Source of the DNA: Candidatus Omnitrophota bacterium
GTDB taxonomy: Bacteria; Omnitrophota; Gorgyraeia; Zapsychrales; Zapsychraceae
NCBI GenBank assembly: GCA_021108075.1
Contig: JAIORP010000090.1
Span: 79,828 to 143,827 of the forward strand
Length of the DNA: 64,000 nt
Direction: 5' to 3'
Part shown: positions 47,490 through 58,258 of the stretch, piece after piece
How the letters are laid out: every line of letters starts with the position of its first letter
How positions within the stretch are numbered: position 1 is the first letter of the stretch
The notes under the pieces: generated by a model
The model's database searches: none
Told to the model about the DNA's origin: nothing
Seen by the model: only the letters and a program-made list of their open reading frames with translations
Made by a program: the position numbers and the translations under genes

Positions 47490-50069
47490 ATGATAAATTT
47501 TGAAAAATTAACCGCTAAAAGTAAAAGCTCTGTCCAGAAGGCGATGGAGCTGGCAGCAGCTTTGAAACACCAACAGATTGAATCGAATCATTTATTGTAT
47601 GCCATCCTGAAGGATGACGATAGCCCGGTTCTCGGGGTCCTTGAAAAGATGGATGTTGCTCTTGATAGCTTAAGGGCTTCGCTCGAAGAGACGTTTCAAA
47701 AAAAATCACAAGTGGAAGGCCAATACCAACCCTATATCTCGAACAGCCTTAATCAAGTTTTCCAGTCTTCTCAAAAAATATCTCAGGATTTTAAAGATCA
47801 CTTTATTGCCCTGGAACATTTATTTTTAGCTTTGTGTCAGGAAAACGATCTGTTAAAAAAAGAGTTGAAGTCGAACAATATTGATTTTTTAAAAATAAAA
47901 GAAAGTTTTAAGCAGATGCGGGGGGCCCAGCAGGCAAATGATGAGTTTGCGGAAAGCAAATATCAGGCCTTAGAAAAGTACGCTCATAATTTAACTAAAA
48001 GCGCACAAAAAGGCGAATTAGATCCCGTGATCGGACGTGATAATGAAATAAGGCGGGTTATACAGGTTTTGTCCCGTCGGAAAAAAAATAATCCTGTCTT
48101 AATCGGTGAACCTGGCGTTGGAAAAACGGCCTTGGCCGAGGGATTGGCACAACGGATATATCTTGGCGATGTTCCTGAAGGACTGAAAAAAAAACAGGTG
48201 ATGAGTTTAGATATGGGGGCTCTCGTGGCGGGGACGAAGTATCGCGGCGAATTTGAAGATCGCTTAAAAGCCGTTTTAAAAGAAATCGAAGCCAGAGATG
48301 GTGACATTATCCTATTTATCGATGAACTGCATATGATCGTCGGGGCTGGAAAAACGGAAGGGGCCATGGATGCGTCGAACATGCTTAAGCCTGCCTTAGC
48401 CAGAGGGACTTTGCGCTGTATCGGGGCGACAACCTTAGATGAGTATCGGAAACACATTGAAAAAGATGCCGCCCTGGAACGCCGTTTTCAGCCTGTTGTT
48501 ATTGAAGAACCATCGTTGGAAGATACCATTACCATATTAAGAGGATTGAAAGAGCGGTATGAAATCCATCATGGGGTAAGGATTCAAGACGGTGCGATTA
48601 TTGCGGCGGCAACCCTTTCACAGCGTTATATTACAGACCGTTTTTTACCGGACAAAGCGATTGATTTGATCGATGAGGCCGCATCCGCTATCCGCATTGA
48701 CATCGATAGTATGCCGCATGAACTTGATAAAAGTAATCGGCGGATCCGACAATTAGAAATTGAAAGGCAAGCCTTAAAGAAAGAAAAGGATAAGGCGTCA
48801 AAAGATCGGTTAAAGAAATTGGAAGAGGAGCTGGAAAATATACAAGAAAAAAATCGTGCCTTGCATATGAAATGGAAAAGAGAAAAAGACGCGATTTCGT
48901 CCATTCGATACATTAAAACAGAGATTGAGCAAGCCAGAGTATTAGAATCGCAATATGAAAAAGAAGGAAATTTGGAGCGGGTCGCGGAAATTCGTTATGG
49001 CAAACTCATTGAGCTGGAAAAAAAACTGGAGCGGGACAATGAAGCTTTAGCCCGGATTCAAAAGAAAGAAGCGCTGTTAAAAGAAGAGGTCGATGATCAG
49101 GATATCGCGGCCGTTGTTTCCCGTTGGACAAAAATCCCTCTTTCAAAGTTGATGGAAGGAGAGACGCAAAAATTGATGCATCTAGAAGAATATTTGCATA
49201 AACGGGTTGTTGGTCAGGATGATGCGATTGGCCTGATCGCGGCCTGTCTTCGGCGTGCAAGGACAGGGTTGCATGATCCCCGGAGACCCCTGGGTTCTTT
49301 TTTATTTGTCGGGCCAACCGGTGTGGGCAAGACAGAGTCAGCGAAGTCCCTGGCGTCGTTATTGTTTAATGATGAACATGCGTTAATTCGAATTGATATG
49401 AGCGAATATATGGAAAAACATAGTGTTTCACGTTTGTTCGGGGCACCTCCGGGATACGTGGGATACGATGAAGGTGGCCAGTTGACGGAAAGTGTCCGGC
49501 GCAAACCCTATTCTGTTGTGTTGTTTGATGAAATCGAAAAAGCCCATCAGGATGTTTTCAACGCATTGTTACAGATATTAGACGAAGGGCATTTAACAGA
49601 TAATCATGGTCGCAGGATCAATTTTAAGAACACGATTATCATCATGACCTCCAATATCGGTTCAGATATTATTTTAGAACTGGATAATATGGAAGAAATA
49701 AATGCGTCCATCCAATCTGCCCTGGCCGGGAAATTCCGGCCGGAATTTTTGAACCGTATTGATGAGACGATTGTTTTTCACCGATTGGAGAAACAACACA
49801 TGATTGAGATTCTGGATATTTTATTAAAACAAATAAATCAACGCCTGCAAGTTAAAAACCGTTTGATCAAATTGACGGAGGAAGCCAGGGAGTGGATCGC
49901 CCAAAAAGGATATAACCCTGCTTATGGCGCGCGGCCGTTAAAGCGACTTGTCCAAAAAATAATCGAAAATCCTTTAGCGATGAAAATTTTAAAGGGAGAT
50001 TTTCCTGAAGGAAAAAAGATTGAAATCGGCTGTGATGACAAGGCAGAGTTGGTTTTTAAATTATATTAG
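47490..50069 (+). CDS. clpB: Chaperone ClpB
   Basis: Two AAA+ modules (GEPGVGKT, GPTGVGKT), long middle coiled coil, GARPLKR. Confidence 0.96.
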   Translation: MINFEKLTAKSKSSVQKAMELAAALKHQQIESNHLLYAILKDDDSPVLGVLEKMDVALDSLRASLEETFQKKSQVEGQYQPYISNSLNQVFQSSQKISQDFKDHFIALEHLFLALCQENDLLKKELKSNNIDFLKIKESFKQMRGAQQANDEFAESKYQALEKYAHNLTKSAQKGELDPVIGRDNEIRRVIQVLSRRKKNNPVLIGEPGVGKTALAEGLAQRIYLGDVPEGLKKKQVMSLDMGALVAGTKYRGEFEDRLKAVLKEIEARDGDIILFIDELHMIVGAGKTEGAMDASNMLKPALARGTLRCIGATTLDEYRKHIEKDAALERRFQPVVIEEPSLEDTITILRGLKERYEIHHGVRIQDGAIIAAATLSQRYITDRFLPDKAIDLIDEAASAIRIDIDSMPHELDKSNRRIRQLEIERQALKKEKDKASKDRLKKLEEELENIQEKNRALHMKWKREKDAISSIRYIKTEIEQARVLESQYEKEGNLERVAEIRYGKLIELEKKLERDNEALARIQKKEALLKEEVDDQDIAAVVSRWTKIPLSKLMEGETQKLMHLEEYLHKRVVGQDDAIGLIAACLRRARTGLHDPRRPLGSFLFVGPTGVGKTESAKSLASLLFNDEHALIRIDMSEYMEKHSVSRLFGAPPGYVGYDEGGQLTESVRRKPYSVVLFDEIEKAHQDVFNALLQILDEGHLTDNHGRRINFKNTIIIMTSNIGSDIILELDNMEEINASIQSALAGKFRPEFLNRIDETIVFHRLEKQHMIEILDILLKQINQRLQVKNRLIKLTEEAREWIAQKGYNPAYGARPLKRLVQKIIENPLAMKILKGDFPEGKKIEIGCDDKAELVFKLY

Positions 50070-50170
50070 AGCAAAAAACAATTGAAACTAATATATTTAA
50101 ATGTTGAATAATCAGAAAAAGAAATTAGAATATAAAAGAATAACAGGATAGAAATATTAAGGGGGTTTTA

Positions 50171-50671
50171 ATGTTAAGAAAATTTTTAGTGCTTTTTCTC
50201 ATTGTTCTTTTGGCTGGATGCGGTTCTCCCAAGAAGACAAAGTATCAGGGGGTTGAAGCCGATAATAATTATGTTGAAAAGGGAATGAAGTTTTTATCCC
50301 AGGGAGATGTCTTAAAAGCCATTAAAAATTTTGACATGGCGATAAAGAACGATCCTAATAATATAAAGAACTATTTAACCTTAGCCCAGGTTTATATCCG
50401 TTTAAAAAACTATCCGCGTGCCATTGACACCCTTTCTGCGGCAACGCGTGTGGATCCGATTAACGGTGATGTCTACTATTTGTTGTCGGTCAGCCAACGA
50501 CTCAATGGTGATTTAAAAGGAGCGATTGATTCTGCCAAAAAGAGTGTTGTTTTGTTTCAGCGCTCAGGCGATCAGGACAATTTTAGCCGTTCCGCGGGAG
50601 TTTTGAAGAAATTGATGCAGGAAGCGCAACAATTCCAATCCCGGGCGGATGAGGCACCAACACAACCTTAA
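50171..50671 (+). CDS. TPR lipoprotein
   Basis: LAGC lipobox and TPR-like repeats. Confidence 0.85.
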   Translation: MLRKFLVLFLIVLLAGCGSPKKTKYQGVEADNNYVEKGMKFLSQGDVLKAIKNFDMAIKNDPNNIKNYLTLAQVYIRLKNYPRAIDTLSAATRVDPINGDVYYLLSVSQRLNGDLKGAIDSAKKSVVLFQRSGDQDNFSRSAGVLKKLMQEAQQFQSRADEAPTQP

Positions 50672-52266
50672 TGTGTTTGAAAATTAAGACCGCGTTGTTA
50701 TCTGTCTTTGGGTTAGCTTTTTGCTCGCTATTCTTTTTTTTGTCTTTTCCTAACGCGCTTTCTCACCAGGGCCATTCATTTTTTCTCTGCTTTTTTTTGT
50801 TTCCATTCTTTTATTTCGTCCGGGATTGTTATGGTTTTAATCGGATACTGCATGGCCTTTTTTTAGGCGTATTTATGTATGGGCTGCTTGTTTTGTGGCT
50901 CTTCGGTGTTCATCCGTTCGGATATTTTTTATTTGTCATCTTTTTATCTCTGCAGACAATCATATTTTGTCTGTTGTATATTGATCCTCGTAAGTGCTTA
51001 ACGAAAAACCATTCTCTTTTAGATGCTGAGGGCAATGCTTTTTATTCCAGGGTGCTGGTTATGTCCGGTTGTTTTTATCTTCCGAGCCTCTGGGTCATGA
51101 GCGAATATTTACGCACATTATTCCTGCGAGGATTTTCTTGGAGCATTGCTCATGGGCTGAGTCATATCCCCGGCTTTTTAAGGATATGCCGTTACACGGG
51201 TTCTTATGGCATGTCTTTTGTCTTGATACTGGTTAATGTTTTGATCTTTTTTATGCTTCAAAGAAAACGTTCAATAACATATTATGTCTATATGCTTCTT
51301 ATTCCCCTTTCTGTTTTTGGCCTATTTCATCTGGCAGAAAATGATATCGTCCTGATAAATGAAAATATTTCTGTCGCACAAGAACAAGATATTTTAATGG
51401 TTTGTTCCATTCAGCCTCACTTAGATGCGCGGGATAAAGCGCATCTAATGCATTTAGACCGCATGATGGATGATAACATCGCTTTATCAAAACGATGCAC
51501 GCAAGATCGTCCGGTGGATTTAATTGTCTGGCCGGAGACAGCGATCCCCGACGATGTTATCCGAAACCGGACTGTAAACGTTCGGGTTAAAAACCTCGCG
51601 CGGGCTTTAGACACGCATTTGCTCATCGGCTCTGCTCTTGAGATCCAGAAGAATGACTACAATAGTGTTGTTTTTTTTGACCGCGAGGGGAAGGATAGAG
51701 GTTTTTATCATAAAATAAAATTGATTCCATTCGCGGAATATCAACCACCTTTCTTTGATCAAGTTATTTTTAAGGCGATGATCTTACCGAAAAGTTATGA
51801 TTTTCAGGCCGGGGAGCGGGTTTGTTCCTTCCCGTTAAAGACGGGGACCAATAAACGGGTTTTTCGTTTTGGAAGCATTATTTGCTCAGAAGAATTTTAT
51901 CCCGGATTATTACGTCGCGTCAAAAATGAAAATAATGATTGTGTTATTTCTGTGCTGAATGATCAATGGTTCCCGCCCCCTGCGAAGCGATTGCATTGGC
52001 AGGCAGCTGTGATGCGTGCGGTTGAATTTGGTTTTCCTGTCTTGCGTTCGGCTAATGATGGCATAACGGATTGGATTGATTATCAAGGCCGTTCCGATAA
52101 TATCAGGAACACAGCATTGGCGCAGGGCAAAGGCATTCACATTTTTGCTGTAGAGAAAAAAAAGCAATCGACCTTTTACCAAAAATATGGTGATGTTTTT
52201 GCTCAGATGTGTTGTGTTTTTGTTATAATGTTTAAGTTCTTAGATGCCGTATTTATTAAAGCGTAG
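50671..52266 (+). CDS. lnt: Apolipoprotein N-acyltransferase
   Basis: Multi-TM N-half, VWPETA, YHKIKLIPFAEY, IICSE, NDQWF, RAVE, RSANDG. Confidence 0.92.
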   Translation: MCLKIKTALLSVFGLAFCSLFFFLSFPNALSHQGHSFFLCFFLFPFFYFVRDCYGFNRILHGLFLGVFMYGLLVLWLFGVHPFGYFLFVIFLSLQTIIFCLLYIDPRKCLTKNHSLLDAEGNAFYSRVLVMSGCFYLPSLWVMSEYLRTLFLRGFSWSIAHGLSHIPGFLRICRYTGSYGMSFVLILVNVLIFFMLQRKRSITYYVYMLLIPLSVFGLFHLAENDIVLINENISVAQEQDILMVCSIQPHLDARDKAHLMHLDRMMDDNIALSKRCTQDRPVDLIVWPETAIPDDVIRNRTVNVRVKNLARALDTHLLIGSALEIQKNDYNSVVFFDREGKDRGFYHKIKLIPFAEYQPPFFDQVIFKAMILPKSYDFQAGERVCSFPLKTGTNKRVFRFGSIICSEEFYPGLLRRVKNENNDCVISVLNDQWFPPPAKRLHWQAAVMRAVEFGFPVLRSANDGITDWIDYQGRSDNIRNTALAQGKGIHIFAVEKKKQSTFYQKYGDVFAQMCCVFVIMFKFLDAVFIKA

Positions 52267-52275
52267 AGGGCCGTC

Positions 52276-52815
52276 ATGACACAAAGGGCGTTTTTAGTTA
52301 TGGGGATGGTGTTGTTTGGTTTAGCCGTATCCTTTGATAAACAGGTGCATGCGGCGGGAGTTGTTGCCAGACAACAGCAGATGCAAAAAAAGCAGATTGA
52401 GCAGCAAAGGAAACAAAATTCCGTTCGGGAATCTGTCCGGCAACAGCCTATTGATAGGGAAGGTGAAAGCGAAATATTAGATCTGGCGGCCATCTGGCTG
52501 GAGCTTGAATCGAGCAGTGAGGTTTGGATTCGAATGATGGATCAGGGTCCCAAAGAGATTACCGTGGAAAAGTATTTGGAGCAGTTTCGGCAAAAAGGGA
52601 TTCGAATTCAAAAATCAGCCGCGCATTATGTGCAGTTGCTTGATTCCATGGGGCGACAGAATCCAGGTTTATTGCAGCAACCGTTCAGTCCATTATTACG
52701 TTTTATTGTCATTATGGAATATGATTTTGATAATGGGATGGATAAAGATGCCTTGGCCCATAAAGTATTAGGTGAGAAAATTTATCAGCAGAACAAGCAA
52801 CGGCTGGGGTTTTAG
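52276..52815 (+). CDS. Hypothetical secreted protein
   Basis: Signal peptide, Q-rich linker, IMEYDFDNG segment. Confidence 0.7.
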   Translation: MTQRAFLVMGMVLFGLAVSFDKQVHAAGVVARQQQMQKKQIEQQRKQNSVRESVRQQPIDREGESEILDLAAIWLELESSSEVWIRMMDQGPKEITVEKYLEQFRQKGIRIQKSAAHYVQLLDSMGRQNPGLLQQPFSPLLRFIVIMEYDFDNGMDKDALAHKVLGEKIYQQNKQRLGF

Positions 52816-52931
52816 TGTTTTGTAACATTTTTTTTGTTGTTATGTTGTTTTCATATCTATGCGGGGGAAGAAAAGCCATAAATGTTTGAAATATAAATAT
52901 TTACAACTCAAAAAAATAAGGGGGTTATTGT

Positions 52932-54287
52932 ATGAAATGGATTCCTTTGGTGATGTGTTTTGTTTTGGTTTCAGGAGGTATCTGTGAGGCTAAAGTTGAT
53001 CTCGTGAGTCTTCCGAGTCGCGATAGTGTGCAGTTAACGATTTATAATTCCGCAGATTTAACACTGGCAAAAGAAAGCCGGTCCCTTACCCTGAAAGAAG
53101 GTTTCAATGATCTTCAATTCTCCTGGGCGAATACCTTGATTGATCCAACGAGCTTAGAGCTTGTTCCATTAACAAATGCTGATCGAATTGACGTTCAAGC
53201 ACTAACCTATCCTCCGAGAGTTAAAAATTTGGGATTATGGAACATTGACAGTGGCCTGAGCGGACAAATTCCTGTTGAAATTAGCTATTTGACGAGTGGT
53301 TTAAGTTGGCGTGCTTTTTATCTTGGAACATTAACACCGGATGAAAAGGAAATGAGGTTAAAGGGATATGTCCGCGTTCTTAATAATAGTGGCGAAGATT
53401 ATGAAAATGCTCAAGTCCGTCTGATTGTCGGCAAGGTTCACATCATTGATCAGATAGCCCAATTGGCTCAAAGGCAATATCCGTATGAACGTCCGGGAAT
53501 TTATCCTGCGGCACAACCGGAGGTGCACTCAAAACGAAGTCGCCAGGATGTGCGCGTGATGAAGTCCGTCATGATGGGAGAGGGTATAGCTTTTGGCTCT
53601 GTCGCCCCGATGGAGACCAAGGAGATTATTAAAGAAGGTTTGAGCGAATATTTTTTATATACGATTGAGGGCCGGGAAACCATTCTAAATGGATGGTCAA
53701 AGAGATTACCGAGCTTTGATGTCGCGAGCGTGCCAGTGGTTAATCTGTATAAATATGAAGAGGAGCGATACGGTTATCAGGTGATCCGTTTTTTAAGTTT
53801 TAAAAATGATGAGGATCACCTGTTGGGGGAAACACCGATTCCCGGAGGTTTATTAAAAGTATTTCGAAATGTTGATGCGGAGAATCATTTAAGCTATGAA
53901 GGACAAAGTGAATTCAAGTATATCCCGATTGACGAGGATGTTGAGCTGAATTTAGGTGCGGTGCAGAATATCGTTGTTGAACCCAAGCTGATGAATCTTA
54001 AAACGGAAAATTTTATGTTTGACCGTCATGGGAATATTAATGGATGGGATGAGGTCCGAACGTACAAAATGGAAGTGAAAAATACGCGTCAGGTTCCGGT
54101 TGAGGTTGAGATTAAACGGAATTTTAATGCTCTCAAATGGGATATCCACAATGAAGGTGCTGAGGTGAAATATGAAAAAATTGACGCCAATACAGTGAAA
54201 TACAAATTAGCGTTACAATCAAAAGAAAATAAAACGTTTCAATATACTCTACGGACATTTCATGGCCGTAGAGGAGACCACAAATAA
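52932..54287 (+). CDS. Secreted DUF4139-like protein, copy 1
   Basis: Signal peptide; VQLTIYNSADLTL, SYLTSGLSWRAFY, NNSGEDY, KEGLSEYFLY. Confidence 0.8.
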   Translation: MKWIPLVMCFVLVSGGICEAKVDLVSLPSRDSVQLTIYNSADLTLAKESRSLTLKEGFNDLQFSWANTLIDPTSLELVPLTNADRIDVQALTYPPRVKNLGLWNIDSGLSGQIPVEISYLTSGLSWRAFYLGTLTPDEKEMRLKGYVRVLNNSGEDYENAQVRLIVGKVHIIDQIAQLAQRQYPYERPGIYPAAQPEVHSKRSRQDVRVMKSVMMGEGIAFGSVAPMETKEIIKEGLSEYFLYTIEGRETILNGWSKRLPSFDVASVPVVNLYKYEEERYGYQVIRFLSFKNDEDHLLGETPIPGGLLKVFRNVDAENHLSYEGQSEFKYIPIDEDVELNLGAVQNIVVEPKLMNLKTENFMFDRHGNINGWDEVRTYKMEVKNTRQVPVEVEIKRNFNALKWDIHNEGAEVKYEKIDANTVKYKLALQSKENKTFQYTLRTFHGRRGDHK

Positions 54288-54320
54288 TGGCAATCATCGG
54301 ACCTTAATTAGGAGGCGATA

Positions 54321-55460
54321 ATGAAAAAAAATATGTATTTAAAAAGTGTCATCATGTTAAGTATGTTTTGTTTCTTGAGTTTGTCTGTGGCTGAGGCCCG
54401 GATCAAACTTGTGGCCCTTCCCAAGAGGGCGGACACCATCATCCGGTTGGACAATCCCCAATTTACATTAATAGAAGAAGAACGTGTGCTGACTTTACAA
54501 CAGGGATTAAACAAAGTTGATTTCTCCTGGAACGGTGTCAGTATTGATCCTGATTCGATCCGCATTGATATCCTGTCCCATTCCGACCAGGTCACACTTT
54601 TAAACGTGAGCTATCCGCCAAATGAGAATGCGCTTGTTTGGGAAATTAGCAGTGCCGGAGCGCGGGAAGAAAAGATCCGCGTCAGCTATTTGCTTTCCAA
54701 TATTGACCGATTGATCACATATAAATCCGTTGCTGATAAAGCGGAGACACAGGTCAACTTTAAGAGTCATCTCATTTTGAGGAATTTTTCAGGGGAAGAT
54801 TTTGCTAATGCGAAAGTGTTGCTTGATTATGGTGAATCCTTTGAGGAAGGCATCCGACACGAAGAAACAAAACAACTGCTGTTTCTTAAGGCTGGAACGG
54901 TTCCGATCGAAAAGGTATGGCAATGGGATTCCAAAAAACAAATTTGGGACCCGGAAGAAGTTGATCAAAATGTCGGGATTCCGGTCCATTACCGCATAAC
55001 AAACACAACGGACTCGAACTTAGGTCAGAACGCGTTATGGAATGGTAAAATGCGTGTTTTTCAATTGGATGGTCATGGCAGCACGATTCTGTTAGGCGAA
55101 GATGCTGTTGATTTAACTCCGGTCGGTGAAGATATGGAAGTTTATATCGGTGATAGCCGGGATTTGGTGGTGACGCAGCGTAAGATGGTCGACAAGCAGA
55201 CAAATATTCGGCGTAATACGAGTGGCCGCGTTGTTTTATATGATAACGAAGAGCAGGTAACGGCTAAAATTGAGAACTTCAAAGATACAAACGCGAAATT
55301 AAAAATGGTCCAACATATCCCTGGAGAATGGGATATGCATAGCTGCAATTTCGAATATAAGAAGGAGAACGCAAATACGATTGAATTTGAAATTGATGTG
55401 CCTGCGCAGGGTAAGGCGGAGCTTGTTATGCATTACTTTAGACGAAATATTCGCAATTAA
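54321..55460 (+). CDS. Secreted DUF4139-like protein, divergent short partner
   Basis: Shares LVALP, LTLQQGLN.VDFSW, IDP.S, SYL, NFSGEDF but lacks the central loop. Confidence 0.75.
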   Translation: MKKNMYLKSVIMLSMFCFLSLSVAEARIKLVALPKRADTIIRLDNPQFTLIEEERVLTLQQGLNKVDFSWNGVSIDPDSIRIDILSHSDQVTLLNVSYPPNENALVWEISSAGAREEKIRVSYLLSNIDRLITYKSVADKAETQVNFKSHLILRNFSGEDFANAKVLLDYGESFEEGIRHEETKQLLFLKAGTVPIEKVWQWDSKKQIWDPEEVDQNVGIPVHYRITNTTDSNLGQNALWNGKMRVFQLDGHGSTILLGEDAVDLTPVGEDMEVYIGDSRDLVVTQRKMVDKQTNIRRNTSGRVVLYDNEEQVTAKIENFKDTNAKLKMVQHIPGEWDMHSCNFEYKKENANTIEFEIDVPAQGKAELVMHYFRRNIRN

Positions 55461-55473
55461 AGGAGGCCGGGCA

Positions 55474-56850
55474 ATGAAAGTGAAGCTTTTCTTTCTTGTT
55501 TTTCTGTTGGTGCCCGGTGTTTCCTTGGCCAAAGTTGATCTTGTGACGCTTCCTCAACGGGATCATGTTCAGTTGACGATTTACAATTCAGCGGACTTAA
55601 CACTTATCAAGGAGAGCCGTTCTTTAACCCTCAAAGAAGGATTTAACGATCTGCAGTTTTCTTGGGTCAACACATTAATCGATCCGACCAGTTTGGAAAT
55701 GCTGCCATTAGCCAACGCGGATCAAATTGATGTCCAATCCTTAACATACCCTCCCCTTTTAAAAAACGTGGGATTATGGCATATACGCAGCTCAGTGAGC
55801 GGTCAAGTCCCTTTTGAAATCAGTTACTTAACGAGTGGTCTCAGCTGGAGGGCGTTCTATTTAGGAACATTAGACCCTGATGAGCAGGAAATGCGTTTGC
55901 AGGGTTTTGTGCGCGTGCAGAACAACAGTGGGGAAGACTATGAAAAGGCTCAAGTTCGATTGATTGTCGGAACAGTGCATGTCATTGATCAGATTTCTTT
56001 TTTAGCTAACCGACAGCACCCCTACGGCTCGCCCGGTATTATTAATTTTGAGCGAGAGCATTGGGGGGGAGGCGAAGATTATGATGCCGATGCGTTGGAT
56101 ATGAAAGATGCGATCGATGAAACCTTTTATGCCCTGGCCGACGCTGAATCATTTAGAGAAGAAGGGGAAATGCGTACGCCGAAGAAAATCATCAAGGAAG
56201 GATTGAGCGAATATTTTTTATACACGATTGAAGGCCGCGAAACAGTTCCAAACGGATGGGCCAAACGCATGCCGAGTTTTGATGTTGAGAAAATACCTGT
56301 TGTCAACCTTTATAAATATGAAGAGGAACGTTATGGCTCGCAGGTCGTTCGTTTTTTGAGTTTTAAAAATGATGAAGACCATCAATTGGGAGAGACGCCT
56401 ATCCCGGGTGGCATGTTAAAAGTTTTTCGTCAAGTCGACCAGGAAAAACACTTGAGCTATGAGGGGCAAAGTGGCTTTAAATATATTCCTGTCGATGAAG
56501 AGGTCGAGTTGAATATGGGTGGCGTTCAGAATGTCATCGTCGAACCAACCCTGATGGATTATCAATCGGCAAACTATATGTTCGACCGGTATGGAAATAT
56601 TATCGGTTGGGATGAAATACGGGAATATAAGATTAAACTGAAAAACACCCGCCCGATTCCCGTCAAAGTTGAAATCAAAAGAAACATCCATAATTCGAAA
56701 TGGGCCATCCAAAATCAGGGCGATGTCGGCACTTATGAAAAAATTGATGCGGACACGGTTCAATACACGATTCATTTGACGGAACGGGAGAATAAAGAAA
56801 TTGTTTACGCCCTCACGACGTTTCATGGCCGTCGAGCGGATTATCAATGA
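55474..56850 (+). CDS. Secreted DUF4139-like protein, copy 2
   Basis: AGGAGG SD, same conserved motifs as copy 1. Confidence 0.8.
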   Translation: MKVKLFFLVFLLVPGVSLAKVDLVTLPQRDHVQLTIYNSADLTLIKESRSLTLKEGFNDLQFSWVNTLIDPTSLEMLPLANADQIDVQSLTYPPLLKNVGLWHIRSSVSGQVPFEISYLTSGLSWRAFYLGTLDPDEQEMRLQGFVRVQNNSGEDYEKAQVRLIVGTVHVIDQISFLANRQHPYGSPGIINFEREHWGGGEDYDADALDMKDAIDETFYALADAESFREEGEMRTPKKIIKEGLSEYFLYTIEGRETVPNGWAKRMPSFDVEKIPVVNLYKYEEERYGSQVVRFLSFKNDEDHQLGETPIPGGMLKVFRQVDQEKHLSYEGQSGFKYIPVDEEVELNMGGVQNVIVEPTLMDYQSANYMFDRYGNIIGWDEIREYKIKLKNTRPIPVKVEIKRNIHNSKWAIQNQGDVGTYEKIDADTVQYTIHLTERENKEIVYALTTFHGRRADYQ

Positions 56851-56866
56851 GGATAAAGGATTTTTA

Positions 56867-58243
56867 ATGAAAAAATATATTTTGTGTTTGTCCGCTGTTC
56901 TTTTGTGGACAAATCCTTCTTATGCGAAGATCGATTTAGCAACATTGCCGGCGCGCGACAGTGTGCAGTTGACGATTTATAATTCAGCGGATTTAACATT
57001 AGCCAGAGAAAGCCGTTCATTGACTTTTAAGGCCGGGTTCAATGAACTTCAATTTTCTTGGGCCAATACGCTGATCGACCCGACCAGCCTGGAAATTTTT
57101 CCTCTGTCAGATGCGGATAAAATCGATGTCCAATCCCTGACCTATCCTCCACGGGGCAAGCAGTTAGGCCTTTGGCAGATCCAGAGTGCTTTTACCGGAC
57201 ACGTTCCCGTTGAAATCAGCTATTTAACGAGCGGGTTGAGTTGGCGCGCCTTTTATTTGGGAACCTTGACTTCTGATGAAAAAGAGATGGCCTTAAAAGG
57301 ATATGTGCGCGTGATGAATCATAGCGGGGAGGACTATGAAAACGCTCAAATTCGTCTGATCGTCGGTAAGGTCCATATCATCGACCAGATTGCTCAATTA
57401 GCACAGCGCCAGTATCCGTACGGGTTTCCACAATTATTGGACAGAGGTTTAGCCGGAGGTAAGGGAGGTCGAGAACCCAGTCTTGAATTAAAAAATGAAA
57501 TGATGCTGCCACAAATCGATGTCGTCGGAGGCTGCTCTATGCCGAGAAGTTCAGGAATGTATTTTGATAAAGTAAAAGAGATCGTTAAAGAAGGTCTGAG
57601 CGAGTATTTTTTGTATACCATTGAAGGGCGTGAGACTGTTCTTAACGGGTGGTCAAAGCGTTTGCTGAGTTTTGATGTCAGCAAAATTCCGGTGGTCAAC
57701 TTGTATAAATATGAAGAAGAACATTATGGACGTCAGGTCGTCCGTTTTTTAAGTTTTAAAAATGACGAAGAACATGAGCTGGGTGAGACCCCTATCCCCG
57801 GCGGAGTTCTAAAGGTCTTTCGTCACGTTGATCAAGCCCGGCATTTAAGTTATGAAGGGCAATCCCAATTCAAATATATCCCTGTGGATGATGATGTTGA
57901 ATTGAACCTGGGGGGAGTCGGGAACGTTATTGTCGAACCCACTTTGATGGATAACAAGTCGGAAAATTATATGTTTGATCGATACGGAAACATTATTGGC
58001 TGGGATGAAATGAAAGAATTTAAAATAAAAATTAAAAATACGCGAGCGATTCCAGTTAAAATTGAAATTAAACGGAATATTCACCATCCGAAATGGACGA
58101 TTCAAAATCAGGGGGATGTCGGTTTTTACGAAAAAATTGATGCCGACACCATTAAATATACGCTTGATTTGACCCCGAGGGAAGATAAAGACATTGTTTA
58201 TGTGCTGAGAATTTACCATGGCCGTCGGGGCGACGTTCAATAA
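56867..58243 (+). CDS. Secreted DUF4139-like protein, copy 3
   Basis: AAGGA SD, same conserved motifs. Confidence 0.8.
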   Translation: MKKYILCLSAVLLWTNPSYAKIDLATLPARDSVQLTIYNSADLTLARESRSLTFKAGFNELQFSWANTLIDPTSLEIFPLSDADKIDVQSLTYPPRGKQLGLWQIQSAFTGHVPVEISYLTSGLSWRAFYLGTLTSDEKEMALKGYVRVMNHSGEDYENAQIRLIVGKVHIIDQIAQLAQRQYPYGFPQLLDRGLAGGKGGREPSLELKNEMMLPQIDVVGGCSMPRSSGMYFDKVKEIVKEGLSEYFLYTIEGRETVLNGWSKRLLSFDVSKIPVVNLYKYEEEHYGRQVVRFLSFKNDEEHELGETPIPGGVLKVFRHVDQARHLSYEGQSQFKYIPVDDDVELNLGGVGNVIVEPTLMDNKSENYMFDRYGNIIGWDEMKEFKIKIKNTRAIPVKIEIKRNIHHPKWTIQNQGDVGFYEKIDADTIKYTLDLTPREDKDIVYVLRIYHGRRGDVQ

Positions 58244-58258
58244 GACCAGGGGATTTTG